A DNA stretch of 64,000 nt from Dehalococcoidia bacterium (GCA_963663235.2 CAXXNO010000008.1:1-64000), one strand, 5' to 3'; shown: positions 50,460 through 60,628, counted from the stretch's first letter. The notes: generated by a model not told the origin, from the letters alone. Numbers and translations are program-made.

Positions 50460-50621
50460 CCCCGGACGGCCCTCGGCCCCGCTCCCTATCTGGAGCGCCC
50501 CGCCCGGCGGGTGACAGAAAACCCCCATCACGACGCGCGCACGCCCAGCCGCCGCCCGCCTCGCGGCCCTCGCATCGACCCATTCCGCCTTCGTAGATCA
50601 GCGTTGAATTAAAGCGCCCGC

Positions 50622-51632
50622 CTAGGCCCGGACAAGTCCCTCAGACGTGAAGTAGTCCACGGCGTCCTGGAACGCCTCGTCTACGTCCGTCTGCGGCAGC
50701 CTCAGTTCGCGCACCGCTTTGTCACAGTTAAACCACATCTTGTGCCGCGCCAGCCGCACCCCCGCGATCGGCGCCCGCGGCGGCCGCCCCCGCACCCGGC
50801 TCACGATCCGCTCGTCCACCTGCGCGTACCCCAGCGCGACGAAGTACGGCAGCGCCCGCCGCGGCGCCTCCCGGCCCGCCACCGCCGCCGCCCGCTGCAA
50901 CACCTCGTGCAACGTCAGGTTCCCCTGCTTCTGCCCCAGGATGTACCGTTCCCCCACCTGCCCCCGCTGCCAGGCCAGCACGTGCCCCCGCGCTACGTCC
51001 CGCACGTGCACGATGTTCAGCCCTGCGCTTCGCACGTAAGCCGGCAGCGACCCGTTCGCCGCATCGACGATCAGCCGTCCGGTCGGCGTCGGTTTGACGT
51101 CCAGCGGCCCGATCGGCGCGGTCGGGTTCACCACCACGGCCGGCAGCCCCTCGCGACGTACCAGCTCCTGCACCAGCCGCTCGCTGAGGTACTTGCTCTC
51201 TTCGTAGGGGCCGGCCAGCTTGCGCGAGTCCGCCCACTGCTTTTCGTCGGCCGGCTTGCCGCGCCACCCCGCGTGCCCGATCGCCGCCACCGACGACGTA
51301 TGCACTACCCGTTGCACGCCCGCCTGTAGCGCCGCCAGCATCAGATCGCGTGTCCCCTGCACGTTGATCGTGTGCAACTCTCGTCGCGCGCGGGCGACGA
51401 GTTCGTACAGCCCCGCGACGTGGAACAGCACCTCCACCCCCTCCAGCGCCCGATCCAGCGACGCCCGATCGCGCAGGTCGCCCTCGGCCCGTTGCACCGC
51501 CAGGCCGCCCAGGTTCCGCGCGGCGCTTTCCGGCCGCACCAGCGCGCGCACCTCTACACCCTCCTCCAGCAGCGCCCGCACCACGTGCGCGCCGATGAAG
51601 CCGCTGCCCCCCGTCACCAGTGCCAGCGTCAT
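50622..51632 (-). CDS. hpnA: Hopanoid-associated NAD-dependent epimerase/dehydratase
   Basis: TGGSGFIG, YEESK, PIGPLDVKPTPTGRLI; linked to hpnH. Confidence 0.82.
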   Translation of the reverse strand: MTLALVTGGSGFIGAHVVRALLEEGVEVRALVRPESAARNLGGLAVQRAEGDLRDRASLDRALEGVEVLFHVAGLYELVARARRELHTINVQGTRDLMLAALQAGVQRVVHTSSVAAIGHAGWRGKPADEKQWADSRKLAGPYEESKYLSERLVQELVRREGLPAVVVNPTAPIGPLDVKPTPTGRLIVDAANGSLPAYVRSAGLNIVHVRDVARGHVLAWQRGQVGERYILGQKQGNLTLHEVLQRAAAVAGREAPRRALPYFVALGYAQVDERIVSRVRGRPPRAPIAGVRLARHKMWFNCDKAVRELRLPQTDVDEAFQDAVDYFTSEGLVRA

Positions 51633-52423
51633 CCGCGATCACTCCCCTTCCCTGCGACGACCAACGCCTCCAGCGCTCGGTCGATCGCCGCCACCGCCGC
51701 GCGCCGTTGCCACGCTAGGCGCGCCAGCGCGACCGGCAGCGACGGTTGTCGCATCACGGCCCTCGCGATCGCGTCGGCCCGCGGCCCGCGCCAGTCCCAC
51801 GCCGCTACGGCCGCGGGGAGGTTCGACCCAACCGGGTCCAGCACCACCCGCAGCGGCACGCTAGGGATGGAGAGGCGCGCCGCTCCCTCTGCCCAGTGAT
51901 AGTCCTCCATCTGCACGACCGCGGCCCCGCTGGAGCGGCCGTGGTCGGCCTTGGCCTGCGTGCTGAGCAGCGGCGCGTCCACTGTCAGGCTGTCGCCGAC
52001 CTGCCGCGCGACGCGCGACTGCTCCAGGGCCTGCTCCACGAATCGCAGGAACCCGCCGTCGGCGCGGATCGGGTGCCGCTCGCGGCGGCCCGCGCTGTTC
52101 CAGTAGTGGAGCCGCGGCGAAATGACCACCGCGCCGGGCCGCAGGCTCTGCTCCAGCCCGCCCGCGACGCCCACTGTGAGCAGTCCGGTCGCCGGGGGGT
52201 CCAGCGCGCCGAGGTCGTCCAGGGCTCTCTCCACGCGCTTGCGGCCGGGTCCGGAGACGGCCACGCGCAGACTCACGCCCTCGCGCTCTCCCCACACCGC
52301 CCACCCTTCGCCGAAGTCGACGCGCCGCGCGCCGCGCAGCCGCGCGGCGAAGCGGGCGGCCTCCCACGGCAGCGCGGTGACGATCGTCAACACGCCGTCA
52401 GTCTCCCACGCCGGCGCGCCCAA
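51629..52423 (-). CDS. hpnG: Nucleoside phosphorylase-like protein (HpnG-like)
   Basis: TALPWEA, GVAGGL, VQME, LRVVLDP; next to hpnH. Confidence 0.65.
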   Translation of the reverse strand: MGAPAWETDGVLTIVTALPWEAARFAARLRGARRVDFGEGWAVWGEREGVSLRVAVSGPGRKRVERALDDLGALDPPATGLLTVGVAGGLEQSLRPGAVVISPRLHYWNSAGRRERHPIRADGGFLRFVEQALEQSRVARQVGDSLTVDAPLLSTQAKADHGRSSGAAVVQMEDYHWAEGAARLSIPSVPLRVVLDPVGSNLPAAVAAWDWRGPRADAIARAVMRQPSLPVALARLAWQRRAAVAAIDRALEALVVAGKGSDRG

Positions 52424-52490
52424 TGCAGAACCCGCCCCCCGGCCTCAGTGTCGGAGGCTGGGCTTCGAAGAAGGACCGCGTGGGGTGTGG

Positions 52491-53498
52491 CTAGCTCAGC
52501 GCGCCTTTGAGCGCGCGCAGGCCGCGCAGCGGGTTGGTGCTCGCGTCGACCACGGCCGTCGCCTCAAAGCCCGAGTGCACCATGCAGTTCTGGCATTTCG
52601 GGTTGCCGCTGGCGTGACCGTACTGGCTCCAGTCGGTTTCGTTGATCAACTCGTCGAACGTGTCCACGTAGCCTTCGTCCATGAGGTAGCACGGACGCTG
52701 CCACCCCAGGACCGAGCGCGTGGGCATGCCCCACGGCGTGCAGTCGTATTCGATCTCGCCCTTGAGGAACGCCAGGAACAGCTCGCTCTGGTTGAACGAC
52801 CACGTCGACGGCGGCTCCTTCAGGATCTCCCGGAACAGCGACCGCGTCTGGTCGCGCGTGAGGAAGTGCTCCTGGTCCGGCGCTTTCTCGTAGGCGTAGC
52901 CCGGCGAGATCATCATCCCGTCCACGCCGATCTCCATCAGGTGGTCGAACATTGCGCGTACCCGCTCGGGGTCGGCGCCCAAGAAGATCGTGCTGTTGGT
53001 GGTGACCCGGAACCCTTTCGCCTTGGCTGCCTTGATCGCCGAGATGGCGACGTCGAACACTCCATCGCGGCAGACCGACGCGTCGTGCTCCTCGCGCATC
53101 CCGTCCATGTGCACCGAGAACGTGAGGTACGGGCTCGGGCTGAACCGGTCCAGCTTCTTCTCCAGCAGGATGGCGTTGGTGCAGAGGTAGACGAACCGCT
53201 TCCGCTCGATCAGCCCCTCCACGATCCGGCCGATCTCCGGATGCATCATCGGCTCACCGCCCGGGATCGAGACCACCGGTGCGCCGCACTCGTCCGCTGC
53301 TGCCCAGCACTCTTCGGGGCTCAGGTGCTGGCGCAGGATCTCCATCGGATGTTGGATCTTGCCGCACCCGGCGCACGCCAGGTTGCAGGCGTAGAGCGGC
53401 TCCAGCATGAGCACTAGCGGGTAGCGCTTCACCTGCTGCAGGCGCTGCGACGCCAGGTACTTCCCGACCTGGACGGCCTCGCGAAGGGGAACGGCCAT
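52491..53498 (-). CDS. hpnH: Adenosyl-hopene transferase radical SAM protein
   Basis: [44 protein letters not shown]. Confidence 0.92.
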   Translation of the reverse strand: MAVPLREAVQVGKYLASQRLQQVKRYPLVLMLEPLYACNLACAGCGKIQHPMEILRQHLSPEECWAAADECGAPVVSIPGGEPMMHPEIGRIVEGLIERKRFVYLCTNAILLEKKLDRFSPSPYLTFSVHMDGMREEHDASVCRDGVFDVAISAIKAAKAKGFRVTTNSTIFLGADPERVRAMFDHLMEIGVDGMMISPGYAYEKAPDQEHFLTRDQTRSLFREILKEPPSTWSFNQSELFLAFLKGEIEYDCTPWGMPTRSVLGWQRPCYLMDEGYVDTFDELINETDWSQYGHASGNPKCQNCMVHSGFEATAVVDASTNPLRGLRALKGALS

Positions 53499-53622
53499 GG
53501 CGCTTTCCGCCCTCACCAGAGTTTCAGTGCCGACGACTTTGCAAACGATTCCGCTCACAAAATCCCTGGAAATATAACACGATCGGCCCGGCGCTACATC
53601 AGGCCCCCCCAATGCAAGGCCC

Positions 53623-54213
53623 CTATGCGAGACCCCGCGCGCGGGCGTAATCCTCTGGCCGGTTCAGGTCCAGCCCAACCAAGGGGTCCTCGACGTCCAG
53701 AAAGAGCGTCTCCGCCGCGTGCGCCGCCCGCACCGCCTTGAGACCCTGGTGGCGCTCCTCCACTCCGCGCATCTCGGCCAGCAGCGACCCCGCGAACACG
53801 GCCGGATGGCCGTTCCGCCCGCGATGCCGCGGCACAACGATGAGCGCTCCCCGCTCTCGGCGCGCCGCCATCAGCCGCCGCACCGTTTCGACCGTGCACG
53901 GCTGGTCGACGTTCGCGACCACCACCGCCTCAATCTTCGCTGGCGCCGCCCCTGCGCCCGCCCGCACCGACGAGGCGCGGCCGCTCGCGTAGTCCGCGTT
54001 GATGACGATTCGGCACGGCTCGTCGCAGCGCACTCGGGCGCGCACCTCTGCTGCGCCGTGTCCCAGCACCACGATCACCGGGCGGCAGCCCGCGGCGAGC
54101 AACGTGTCGATCTGATGTTGCAGCAGCGGCCGCTCGCCCCAGGCCAGCAGCGCTTTCGCTTCGCCCATTCGGGTCGAGGCCCCCGCCGCGAGGATGAGCC
54201 CCGCCGTTTCCAT
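53623..54213 (-). CDS. Nucleotidyltransferase (MocA-like molybdenum cofactor cytidylyltransferase)
   Basis: [28 protein letters not shown]. Confidence 0.85.
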   Translation of the reverse strand: METAGLILAAGASTRMGEAKALLAWGERPLLQHQIDTLLAAGCRPVIVVLGHGAAEVRARVRCDEPCRIVINADYASGRASSVRAGAGAAPAKIEAVVVANVDQPCTVETVRRLMAARRERGALIVVPRHRGRNGHPAVFAGSLLAEMRGVEERHQGLKAVRAAHAAETLFLDVEDPLVGLDLNRPEDYARARGLA

Positions 54214-54224
54214 GCCGTCGCCGT

Positions 54225-55079
54225 CTACTCCTGGGTGGCGGCGAACGCCGCGGCGACGGCCTCGCGCGTCAGCCGCTCGACCGCGTCCAGCCGCTCGTCT
54301 CGCGACGCGACGTTGTCGTCCGCAGGATCAATCTCCTCCCGCGCCGTCTGCCCCGCCAGCGCGAACACCGCCTCGTCCCCGGCCCGGCCCACAAGCGTGC
54401 TCTCCACTTGCCGCGCTCGCACGGCGCCTGGGTGGTTGCCGCCCACGGCTACGTTCGCCGTGCGGATTCGATCCCCCTCCACGGTCAGCACTGCCACGGC
54501 GGCTCCCTTGGGGGCCCCGTCCGTGATCTCTTCACGATAGTCTGCCCCGAGCCGCTGCCCCGCCTCGGCGCGCGGCGCGCGGATCTGGACGCCCAACAGG
54601 ATGCAGTGGCGCGGGAGCGCGGGCTTGCGTGGCCAGCCCAGGATCTTCTCCAGCGGTACCCGCTCGCGTCCCTCGGGCGTGATCAGCTCCGCTTCGCCGT
54701 CCAGGGCCACCAGAACCGCTGCCAGCGACGACGATCCCCCGTCCGCTAGCAATCGTCCTCCAATGGTCGCGCGACGCACCACGGGGGTCCCGCCTCGCAC
54801 GCGGTGAAGGTCCACCGCCACGCGCAAGAGGTCTGGCCAGTCCTCGGCCTGGCGCGCCGCGTCCAGGCGCACCCCCGCCCCAATCCAGCCGCTCGCGGCG
54901 TCCAGCCGGGTGATCTCCTCGATCCGATCGACCCCCACGAGCAACGCTGGAGGCCGCAGCTTGCCCAAGAATTGGTCGTAGATAACGGACGTTCCCCCGC
55001 CGACGACTTGGACGTCGTTCGTTTGCGTCAGCAGCGCCACCGCCTCTTCCGCCGTCTTGGGATTGACCTTGCGTGTCAT
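54225..55079 (-). CDS. FAD-binding subunit of xanthine/CO dehydrogenase family (CoxM-like, divergent)
   Basis: VGGGTS, RRATIGG, LVALDGE, C-terminal DPADD. Confidence 0.75.
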   Translation of the reverse strand: MTRKVNPKTAEEAVALLTQTNDVQVVGGGTSVIYDQFLGKLRPPALLVGVDRIEEITRLDAASGWIGAGVRLDAARQAEDWPDLLRVAVDLHRVRGGTPVVRRATIGGRLLADGGSSSLAAVLVALDGEAELITPEGRERVPLEKILGWPRKPALPRHCILLGVQIRAPRAEAGQRLGADYREEITDGAPKGAAVAVLTVEGDRIRTANVAVGGNHPGAVRARQVESTLVGRAGDEAVFALAGQTAREEIDPADDNVASRDERLDAVERLTREAVAAAFAATQE

Positions 55080-55101
55080 CGCGCTACCACTATCGTCACG
55101 C

Positions 55102-55491
55102 TCAGCCGCCTTCGGTGAACGCCGTGAGCGCTTTCGCCAGCGCCCCGGCGGCCAGCACCGAACAGTGGATCTTGCTGGCGGGCAGGCCGCCCACCGCATC
55201 GACGAAATCTTGCCTCGTCAACTGTCGCGCCTCCTCCACGGACCGGCCCTTGAGCAGCTCCGTGGCCGCGGAGCTTGTCGCGATCGCGGCCCCGCACCCT
55301 TTGGTGAGAAAGCGCGCCTCTTCGATCACGCCCTCGCGGATGCGCAGCATCAGCCGCATGTGGTCGCCGCATACGGGGTTTCGCTCCTCGCCCACCGCGT
55401 TGGCGTCCGCCAGCTCGCCGGCGTTGCGCGGATGGCGGAAATGGTCCAACACCGTCGCGTTGTAGGATGCGCCGTCCTGCGTCACGCTCAC
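55102..55491 (-). CDS. Fe-S cluster scaffold IscU/NifU
   Basis: LDHFRHPRNAG, NPVCGD, GCGAAIA, KIHCSVLA. Confidence 0.92.
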   Translation of the reverse strand: MSVTQDGASYNATVLDHFRHPRNAGELADANAVGEERNPVCGDHMRLMLRIREGVIEEARFLTKGCGAAIATSSAATELLKGRSVEEARQLTRQDFVDAVGGLPASKIHCSVLAAGALAKALTAFTEGG

Positions 55492-55511
55492 AGTGTACCG
55501 GCGCACGTGGA

Positions 55512-56762
55512 CTATGCGCGGGTGGCTGGCCCGGAGAGCTCCAGCAGCAGCCGCAGCAGTGCTGCCAGCGTCCGCTCGCGCCCCGCCGGAGCGAAGTATT
55601 CGCGCCGGCTGTGCAGTTCGCCGCTGCGACCGCCCCAGCCCAGCGCGATCGCCGGGATCCCGGCGGCCATCGCCGCGTTGGCGTCCGTCGACGACGCTGT
55701 GAACCGGGGCGCGAATCCCTCCGCTTTGAGCGCCTGGGCGGCCGCGAGCACCAGGGGGTGGTTGGCCGCCGTGGCGCCGCCGGGCCGCTTCCCCATGCTC
55801 TCGATGCTGACGGCGATGCCGTGCGCCTGATCCGTGTCGATGCCGCGGCGCGCCAGCTCTTCCGCCTGCGCTTCTTCCACGGCCCGGCGTAGCGACGCCT
55901 CCAGCCGCTCGAGGTGTTCGTCCGATTCGCTACGCACCTCGACCTCCATGCGCGCCTCTTCCGGGATCGCGTTAACCGAGCGCCCTGCTTCAATCACCCC
56001 CACGTTCGTCGTGGCGCGCGGTCGACGCGGCAGCCGCGTGTCGGCGAAGCGCTGGACGGCCCCGGCCATCGCCTGCGCCGGGTTGTAGCGTCCAAAGTCG
56101 GCCCAGGCGTGCCCGCCCGGCCCCTGCATCTCCACGACGAAGCGTCGACTGCCCACCCCGCGATGCACGATCGCCTCCGGCTCCGGATGGTCGATGGTGA
56201 TGAACGCGTCGATCGGCCCGCTGGCGGCGTCGGCGAAGAAGTGCCGCGCGCCCCGCAAATTGCCGCGCCCCTCCTCGCCTACCGTCGCCAGGAAGATCAG
56301 GTCGCCCGCGGTGCCGGTCTCGGCCGCAGCCAGCGCCTGCGCCAGGCCGATGAGCCCCGCCAGACCCGCGGCGTCGTCCGCAATGCCCGGGCCGTGCAGT
56401 TCACCCGCCGGCACGGCTGCCGCGCCGCAGTACGGGCAGGCCTCGCCCGGACGGGCCACGGACAGCGCCTGCTCGACGGGGAACACGGTGTCGAGATGCG
56501 CGGACAGCGCTACGCGCGGCCCCCCGCCCCGCCCCGGCCGCTCGGCGATCACGTTGCCGGCCTCGTCGCGCCGCACGAGGCATCCGGCGGCGTGCAGCCA
56601 GCGCGATACCACCTCCGCGCGGTCCGGTTCCGCCCCGGTCGGGGCCGCGATCTCGCTCAACTCGATTTGAACCGCGGTGATCCCTTCGCGGTTCGCGCGC
56701 AGGTGCGCGAACGCTGCGGCGGCGGGCCCACCCGCGTCGATCGGCCCCTGTGCGTCCGTCAT
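55512..56762 (-). CDS. M20 family metallopeptidase
   Basis: SAHLDTVFP, PGIADD, GEEGRGNL, GPGGH, SSTDAN, HSRRE. Confidence 0.88.
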   Translation of the reverse strand: MTDAQGPIDAGGPAAAAFAHLRANREGITAVQIELSEIAAPTGAEPDRAEVVSRWLHAAGCLVRRDEAGNVIAERPGRGGGPRVALSAHLDTVFPVEQALSVARPGEACPYCGAAAVPAGELHGPGIADDAAGLAGLIGLAQALAAAETGTAGDLIFLATVGEEGRGNLRGARHFFADAASGPIDAFITIDHPEPEAIVHRGVGSRRFVVEMQGPGGHAWADFGRYNPAQAMAGAVQRFADTRLPRRPRATTNVGVIEAGRSVNAIPEEARMEVEVRSESDEHLERLEASLRRAVEEAQAEELARRGIDTDQAHGIAVSIESMGKRPGGATAANHPLVLAAAQALKAEGFAPRFTASSTDANAAMAAGIPAIALGWGGRSGELHSRREYFAPAGRERTLAALLRLLLELSGPATRA

Positions 56763-56781
56763 GCGCACGAGGGTAGCGCGA

Positions 56782-57240
56782 CTAAGGGATCTCCATCCCC
56801 AGCGCGGCGAAGATCGCTTGGTATTGGCTGAGGCTCGCTGGGTTGTAGTGCGGCATCGCCTCGACGATCGTGCCCGCGCCATCGCTGACGAAGACCGCCC
56901 GTCGGCTGCGCTTGCCCGTATCGTCTTGCACGCCAAAGGTGCGTGTGGCCTCCAGCTTCCAGTCCGAGAGCAAGGGAAACGGGAACCCGGTGCTCGCGCT
57001 GAACGCGCGCTGACTCTCCACGCTGTCGACGCTGATGGCCACCAGCGCGCCGCCCAGCTCTTCGATCAGCGGAAAGTCCGCGCCTAGGGCGCTCAGCTGT
57101 GCCGAGCAGCTGGGGGTCCCGTCCTCCACGTAAAACGCCACGACCAGCGGCCGCCCGCCGCGCAGCCGCTCCAGCGACACGGGCCCCTCGGGTCCGTCCA
57201 GCGTTACCTTCGGCAGCGGCTCGCCCTTGCCGACCGCCAT
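56782..57240 (-). CDS. Peroxiredoxin (BCP-like)
   Basis: FYVEDGTPSC, ISVDS, FPLLSD, RAVFV. Confidence 0.88.
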   Translation of the reverse strand: MAVGKGEPLPKVTLDGPEGPVSLERLRGGRPLVVAFYVEDGTPSCSAQLSALGADFPLIEELGGALVAISVDSVESQRAFSASTGFPFPLLSDWKLEATRTFGVQDDTGKRSRRAVFVSDGAGTIVEAMPHYNPASLSQYQAIFAALGMEIP

Positions 57241-58400
57241 CAGCTGAGCCCGCGCAGCGTCCCGGCGAACCCCCGCGCAAACGCAAGCGCCCGGATCCGC
57301 CCCAGCCCCCCGGGATCGCTCAGGACCTCCACTGCCCGCCGTCGCGCGAGATAGCCGTCCAATTCCGCCCCCCGCCCTCCGCTCGCGGCGGCCGGCATCT
57401 GCGTCGCGCCGATCTCCGCCAGCAGCGCTGCCTGCGATCGCGCTGGCAGCGCGCGCATCCCTGTCGCGACCGCCGTCGCCTGGACTGCGTCGATGTCCAC
57501 GTGGCAGGTCAGGTCCTGCTCCCCCACGCGGACGTACGGGTCCTCGCCGGGCGCGTGGCGGTGATACGTCATCAGCGTCCCGCTTCGTCGCCACGGCGCG
57601 TACAACTGTGCGCGCGGGTACCCGTAATCGAACAGCAGCAGCAGCCCGGCCTCCACCGCCCGCCCTAGCCGGTCCACGAGCTCCGGCACGGCCGGGCTGA
57701 CCTCAACTACTTGCCCCTCCGCGGGCGTGAGCCCCCCCAGCGGCTCCAGCAGCCCCGCCTCGCTCGGCTCCCCGGCGACGTCCTCGAAGCGACCCGCCCC
57801 GTCGACGCCGACGTACAGCTCCTGCCACCGCGCGCCGTCGTACCGCAAACGATGCACCGGCTGCGCGTCCAGCAGTTCGTTCGCGAACAGGAGACCCCGC
57901 ATCGGCGTCGTCCCCTCGGCGCTCCAGGAGGCTCGTTCGCCCAGCGCGCCCAGCTGTCGTCGCTGCCGCTCTTCCTGTAGCGGTGCCGGCTCGATCAGCT
58001 CGCAGCGCAGCGCTTCCCAGACATCGGGCCGTTGCGAGCGGATCCAGACGCACAGGCTCTCCATGCAGGCCCCGCTCCCGGGTCCCACCTCGCGCACGAT
58101 CCAGGGTGTGGGACGCCCGAGCTGATCCCATAGCTCGGCGGCCAACGCTCCGATGACGTAGCCGAAGAGCGGGTGCACTTCGGGGCTGGTGAGGTAGTCG
58201 CCCTCCCGGCCCACCGTCGCCCCCCCGCGACGGTAGTAGCCCTGTGTCTCGTCATAGAGCGCCGCGTCCATGAAGGCGGCGAAGGTGATCGGCCCCTCTG
58301 CACGGATGCGCTCCGCCATCGCGGCGGCGAGAGGTGTGGCGCCCGCGGGCGGGAGCGTGAATCGATCCGGCGTCGGCTGTTGCCCTGCCGCGGCGGCCAC
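57240..58400 (-). CDS. MidA/NDUFAF7-type SAM-dependent methyltransferase
   Basis: FMDAALY, GDYLTSPE, EVGPGSG, NELLDA, FDYG, DLTCHVD; TATAAT six nt before GTG. Confidence 0.88.
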   Translation of the reverse strand: MAAAAGQQPTPDRFTLPPAGATPLAAAMAERIRAEGPITFAAFMDAALYDETQGYYRRGGATVGREGDYLTSPEVHPLFGYVIGALAAELWDQLGRPTPWIVREVGPGSGACMESLCVWIRSQRPDVWEALRCELIEPAPLQEERQRRQLGALGERASWSAEGTTPMRGLLFANELLDAQPVHRLRYDGARWQELYVGVDGAGRFEDVAGEPSEAGLLEPLGGLTPAEGQVVEVSPAVPELVDRLGRAVEAGLLLLFDYGYPRAQLYAPWRRSGTLMTYHRHAPGEDPYVRVGEQDLTCHVDIDAVQATAVATGMRALPARSQAALLAEIGATQMPAAASGGRGAELDGYLARRRAVEVLSDPGGLGRIRALAFARGFAGTLRGLS

Positions 58401-58563
58401 CAGCCGATTATACGGACCCCCATGGACGGATTTCCCCCGTGCGTGGCCCCCTGTGCACGCCCCCTGGATACGGCCCTCGTGCGGCGCCGCTGCTACCATG
58501 GCGCCGATCCGGCTGGCTGCCGTCGCCGGCTCGATCCTCTGACGAAGCCATGGAGACCAAGCC

Positions 58564-58929
58564 ATGGAGCCGCGCTGCAAACTCTGGTTGGAACGCGACG
58601 GCGTACTGGCGCTGAGCGACTACCGGCTCCGGCTCCTCCTCTTGATCGAGGAAACCGGATCGCTGGCCGCCGCCGCCGAGCGGATGAACCTGAGCTATCG
58701 GCGCGCCTGGGGGAAGATCCGCGAGATCGAAGATCACCTCGGCTTCCGCTTAGTGGAGAGCGAGAGCGGCGGCTCCAGCGGGGGACGCTCGCGGCTGACG
58801 CCGCAGGGCCGGGACATGGTCCGTCGCTACCAGCGCTTCGCGGACGCCGCGCACGACGCCGTCGCCGCTGCCTACGAGAACGCCTTTAATCCCGAGCCGG
58901 CTCCAGGCACTCCCGCCACGCCGCGATGA
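58564..58929 (+). CDS. Stand-alone ModE N-terminal winged-helix regulator
   Basis: IEETGSLAAAAERMNLSYRRAW, GGSSGGRSRLT. Confidence 0.88.
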   Translation: MEPRCKLWLERDGVLALSDYRLRLLLLIEETGSLAAAAERMNLSYRRAWGKIREIEDHLGFRLVESESGGSSGGRSRLTPQGRDMVRRYQRFADAAHDAVAAAYENAFNPEPAPGTPATPR

Positions 58930-59587
58930 GCGCGCCGCGGTCGCTGACCAGGCCTCCTGCCCCATCGTCGAGCAGGCGCAGCCCGCGGTCGAACCCGTTG
59001 ACCCCGTAGACGACGCCGCGCAGCCCGCTCTCCCGCAGCCGCTGCAGCCGTTCACGGGTCGCCACGCTCCGATGCAGCGAGGCGCCTTGACCGGCTCGGC
59101 CCTCGGCGATCCGCCGCTCGTACGCTCCCCAGACGTCGTGCCGCCCCCGCCCCACGGAATAGAATCGGCCGATTCGGAGGGCGCGCTCGGCCAGCCGGTC
59201 CAGGTGCGCCCAGTGCGGCGTGCTGATCACCGTGCGCCCCACCAAGCCGCTCGATTCCAAGGCGCTGAGCGTCTGATCCAGGATCGCGGGATCGCGGTCC
59301 TTCAAGTCCAGGAAAAGCGCGGCGGACACACGCAGACTTTCTGCTCCCAGATCCGCCAGCCACAGCCGCCGCAGGCGCAGCCGCGGAAGGTAATGGCGCT
59401 GCGTCAGAAAGGGCAGGCCCAGGAGCAGCGCGTCATGGCGGCACTCGGCCCGTGCTCCCCGCCGCACATCGATCTCTAGATAATCGGCGGCCGTGCACCG
59501 CAGCGCGGTGGCCAGCCGGCGCCGAGGTTCCGCCGCCCGATGCAAGACCAGCCACGGATCGGGCCACGGCTCGTCGGCTCGGCTCAT
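58886..59587 (-). CDS. Glycerophosphodiester phosphodiesterase-like protein
   Basis: HR, YLEIDVR, LFLDLK, YGVN, GLVSD. Confidence 0.7.
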   Translation of the reverse strand: MSRADEPWPDPWLVLHRAAEPRRRLATALRCTAADYLEIDVRRGARAECRHDALLLGLPFLTQRHYLPRLRLRRLWLADLGAESLRVSAALFLDLKDRDPAILDQTLSALESSGLVGRTVISTPHWAHLDRLAERALRIGRFYSVGRGRHDVWGAYERRIAEGRAGQGASLHRSVATRERLQRLRESGLRGVVYGVNGFDRGLRLLDDGAGGLVSDRGALIAAWRECLEPARD

Positions 59588-59677
59588 CCGCTCGCCCCCA
59601 TCCCGGATCGCGCCCGGACGCCGACAAGCCGCCCCGGACGAGGCGGCCTGTGCCTTCTCCAGTCGCTTGCCCTCGGG

Positions 59678-60208
59678 CTAGTGAGGGTGGGGGATCCCCA
59701 GGATGTTCAAGGTCACCCGCCGGTCGCGGGGCTGGTCCAGCTCCACCAGGAAAATGCTCTGCCATTCCCCCAGCTGCAGCCGACCGTCCACGAGTGGCAC
59801 GGTCTCGCTGCTGCTCAGCATCAAGTGCTGGCAGTGACTGTGGCCGTTCGGCGTCTCGTCCGGGTGCATGTTGACGGTGCGGATCGCGAAGTTGTTGTGG
59901 TGGTAGCGGGCCTCTTGCGGCGCCAGCCGCTTGAGCATCTCGCACATGTCCTCCAGCAGAAGCGGTTCGTGCTCCTGGAGGCGGATGGCCGCGGTCGTGT
60001 GGTTGGAGAAGATGGTGACCTGCCCCCAGTGGACGCCCGAATCCTCCACCGCCCGGCTCACGTCGTCGGTGATGTCCAGGAAGCACGGCCCCTCGCGGGT
60101 GTGGTACTCCAGGTCCTGCTGCCAGAAGGTGAAAGGCTGGCCGTTGGGAATTTGGCGCACGATTGGCCGGATCGCCGCCGCCGCGCTGGACGCCGGGGTT
60201 GCTGCCAT
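59678..60208 (-). CDS. yjbQ: YjbQ (UPF0047) family protein
   Basis: HTTAAI, NGHSH, LQLGEWQSIFLVELD. Confidence 0.9.
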   Translation of the reverse strand: MAATPASSAAAAIRPIVRQIPNGQPFTFWQQDLEYHTREGPCFLDITDDVSRAVEDSGVHWGQVTIFSNHTTAAIRLQEHEPLLLEDMCEMLKRLAPQEARYHHNNFAIRTVNMHPDETPNGHSHCQHLMLSSSETVPLVDGRLQLGEWQSIFLVELDQPRDRRVTLNILGIPHPH

Positions 60209-60628
60209 GGCTGCCTCGACAAACGACTGACGCGATACCGCGTCGGATAATTTTGATCCCGAGAATAATTCCCCGAAATCTCGCGAAACATACCACATTG
60301 ACGGCCATGGCGCGCCACCGACATAACGGTTACCATCGATGCTGGCCCTCGGCGGCCCGGGTTGCCGACTCGTTGGCCTCGTAGGCTCAGTCGTGACGCC
60401 CCGGCCTATGTAGCGCTGATAATCGTGGTGTGCACGGCCCGCGTGTATCCTGGAAGTGGAGCAGGCCACCGCGCTCGATGTCTCTCGTCGGCGTGCGCTC
60501 GATTGCGGGGGCTCCCCCTATCGAGGGCCACCGCGGGCGGGTCGATGATCGACGCGACAGTGCGCTGCGGCGACCGGCGCGCCGATGTGAGGATCTCCTT
60601 GGCCAACGAGGAAAGAACTCGGCGTCTC

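Noticed and set aside
50286-50612. 108-aa plus-strand ORF
   Set aside because: Pro/Arg-rich translation of the phased repeat, with atypical codon use and no RBS
60210-60628. Riboswitch or sRNA in the yjbQ-gltD intergenic region
   Set aside because: No recognisable consensus; consistent with divergent promoters
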